In this document: positions 23,026-24,000 of the stretch, piece after piece
How positions within the stretch are numbered: the stretch's first letter is position 1
How the letters are laid out: each line of letters opens with the position of its first letter
Source: Faecalimicrobium dakarense
GTDB taxonomy: Bacteria > Bacillota > Clostridia > Peptostreptococcales > Peptostreptococcaceae
DNA length: 24,000 bases
Assembly (NCBI RefSeq): GCF_000499525.1
Contig: NZ_HG529388.1
Coordinates: 40,202-64,201, forward strand
Reading direction: 5' to 3'
Notes under the pieces: model-generated
What the model was told of the DNA's origin: nothing
Database searches by the model: none
The model's input: only the letters and a program-made list of their open reading frames with translations
Translations under genes and position numbers: made by a program

Positions 23026-24000
23026 ATGAATAAAAATATAGAAAAAAGAAAACCTACATTTAAGTTTGCAGCATTAGTAATGATTGCAATTATATCTTTA
23101 ACTACAGTTGGTATGGTTGTATTTAAAGCATCTATAACAACAATGTTTTTATTATCATGGTTAATAGTAGTACCAGCAGCAATGAAATTAGGATACACTA
23201 ATAGCGAAATTGAGGATTTAGGATTTGAAGTAGGAAAGGGCGCTTTTCAATCTAATTTAATTATACTTTCTGTAGGAGTATTAATTGCTACTTGGATAGC
23301 AGCAGGTACTATTCCTACAATAGTTTACGGTGGACTTACAATAATAACACCTAAATATTTCTTAGTTACAACATTACTAGTGTGTTCGTTAACATCTATA
23401 GCTACAGGAACTTCTTGGGGTACTTTAGGAACTTCTGGTATAGCTTTAATGAGTATTGGTACTAGTATGGGAGTTCCAGGTGGTTTAACAGCTGGTGCAA
23501 TAATATCTGGTGCATTTTTCGGTGATAAGATATCACCACTTTCAGATTCTACAAACCTAGCAGCTGCAGTTTGTAAAACAAATGTTATGACTCATATAAA
23601 ACACATGGTTTCGTCAACACTTCCAGCTTATATAATTTGTATTGTTTTATATACAGTTATAGGATTTAAATATGCTAACAACACTATAGACTACAATCAA
23701 ATAAATCAAGTAATGGAAGTTTTAAATACTAACTTTCATATCGGTTTTGTTGCTATAATTCCAATAATATTTTTATTTACTTTATTATTGTTACAAAAGC
23801 CAGCCATAGTGTCTATACTAGCTTCTGGAGCATTAGGTGCAGTTATTGCATTTTTCCAAGAAGGAGAAAGTATTAATAGCTTATTAAATGCTATGCTTAA
23901 TGGTTTTTCTATAGATACAGGTCTTACTTATACAGACCAATTACTGAACCGTGGAGGTATAATGAGCATGGCTGAAACTGTACTATTAGTATTTATAGTA
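23026..24000 (+). CDS. nhaC: NhaC-family Na+/H+ antiporter-like transporter, 3' end cut by window edge
   Basis: Open frame from ATG 23026 (SD ggtggagag at 23012-23020) to the window end, 325 codons with no stop. It is absent from the ORF track for that reason. Polytopic, with NhaC-like segments GTSWGTLGTSGIALM and GAFFGDKISPLSDSTNLAA. Confidence 0.8.
   Translation, partial: MNKNIEKRKPTFKFAALVMIAIISLTTVGMVVFKASITTMFLLSWLIVVPAAMKLGYTNSEIEDLGFEVGKGAFQSNLIILSVGVLIATWIAAGTIPTIVYGGLTIITPKYFLVTTLLVCSLTSIATGTSWGTLGTSGIALMSIGTSMGVPGGLTAGAIISGAFFGDKISPLSDSTNLAAAVCKTNVMTHIKHMVSSTLPAYIICIVLYTVIGFKYANNTIDYNQINQVMEVLNTNFHIGFVAIIPIIFLFTLLLLQKPAIVSILASGALGAVIAFFQEGESINSLLNAMLNGFSIDTGLTYTDQLLNRGGIMSMAETVLLVFIV

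Noticed and set aside
22971-23198. Minus-strand 75-aa ORF overlapping the NhaC-family gene start
   Set aside because: The + strand frame from ATG 23026 is open to the window end, has a good SD and carries NhaC-like motifs. The minus ORF is its antisense shadow.
1-24000. Search for CRISPR arrays, tRNA/rRNA genes, intact transposases/integrases and IS inverted repeats
   Set aside because: I saw no regularly spaced direct repeats, no cloverleaf-like or rRNA-like sequence and no recombinase-like ORF on either strand. Only the degenerate remnants at 19061-19183 and 21032-21347 were found.

Overview
Low-GC Firmicute chromosomal segment, roughly 28-30% GC by eye, with gene content and codon usage typical of Clostridioides/Peptostreptococcaceae. 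Every supported gene is on the + strand. In order: (1) uxaC, 5'-truncated, plus a DctP/Q/M TRAP transporter. (2) A Fur-boxed FhuDBGC-type ferric-siderophore ABC importer. (3) A ~1280-aa double 'activase' ATPase/dehydratase-like fusion split by a frameshift, followed by two small cupins. (4) A membrane M48 metalloprotease with a TPR-like tail. (5) A very AT-rich three-ORF cassette with its own promoter and terminator. Its central gene is a divergent TadA/CDA-fold zinc deaminase with DSE...PCxxC. This is my best candidate for an undescribed toxin-immunity or defence module. (6) A ClC-family channel. (7) A sigma-54-driven ridA. (8) A mosaic insert with higher-GC gene remnants and a single ORF encoding three tandem RidA domains. 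(9) A sigma-54-driven PatB/MalY-type C-S lyase that shares upstream motifs with ridA. (10) An NhaC-family transporter, 3'-truncated. I found no rRNA, tRNA, CRISPR array or intact transposase. Both apparent frameshifts look like single-base deletions in A-rich tracts, so assembly error must be excluded before interpreting them.
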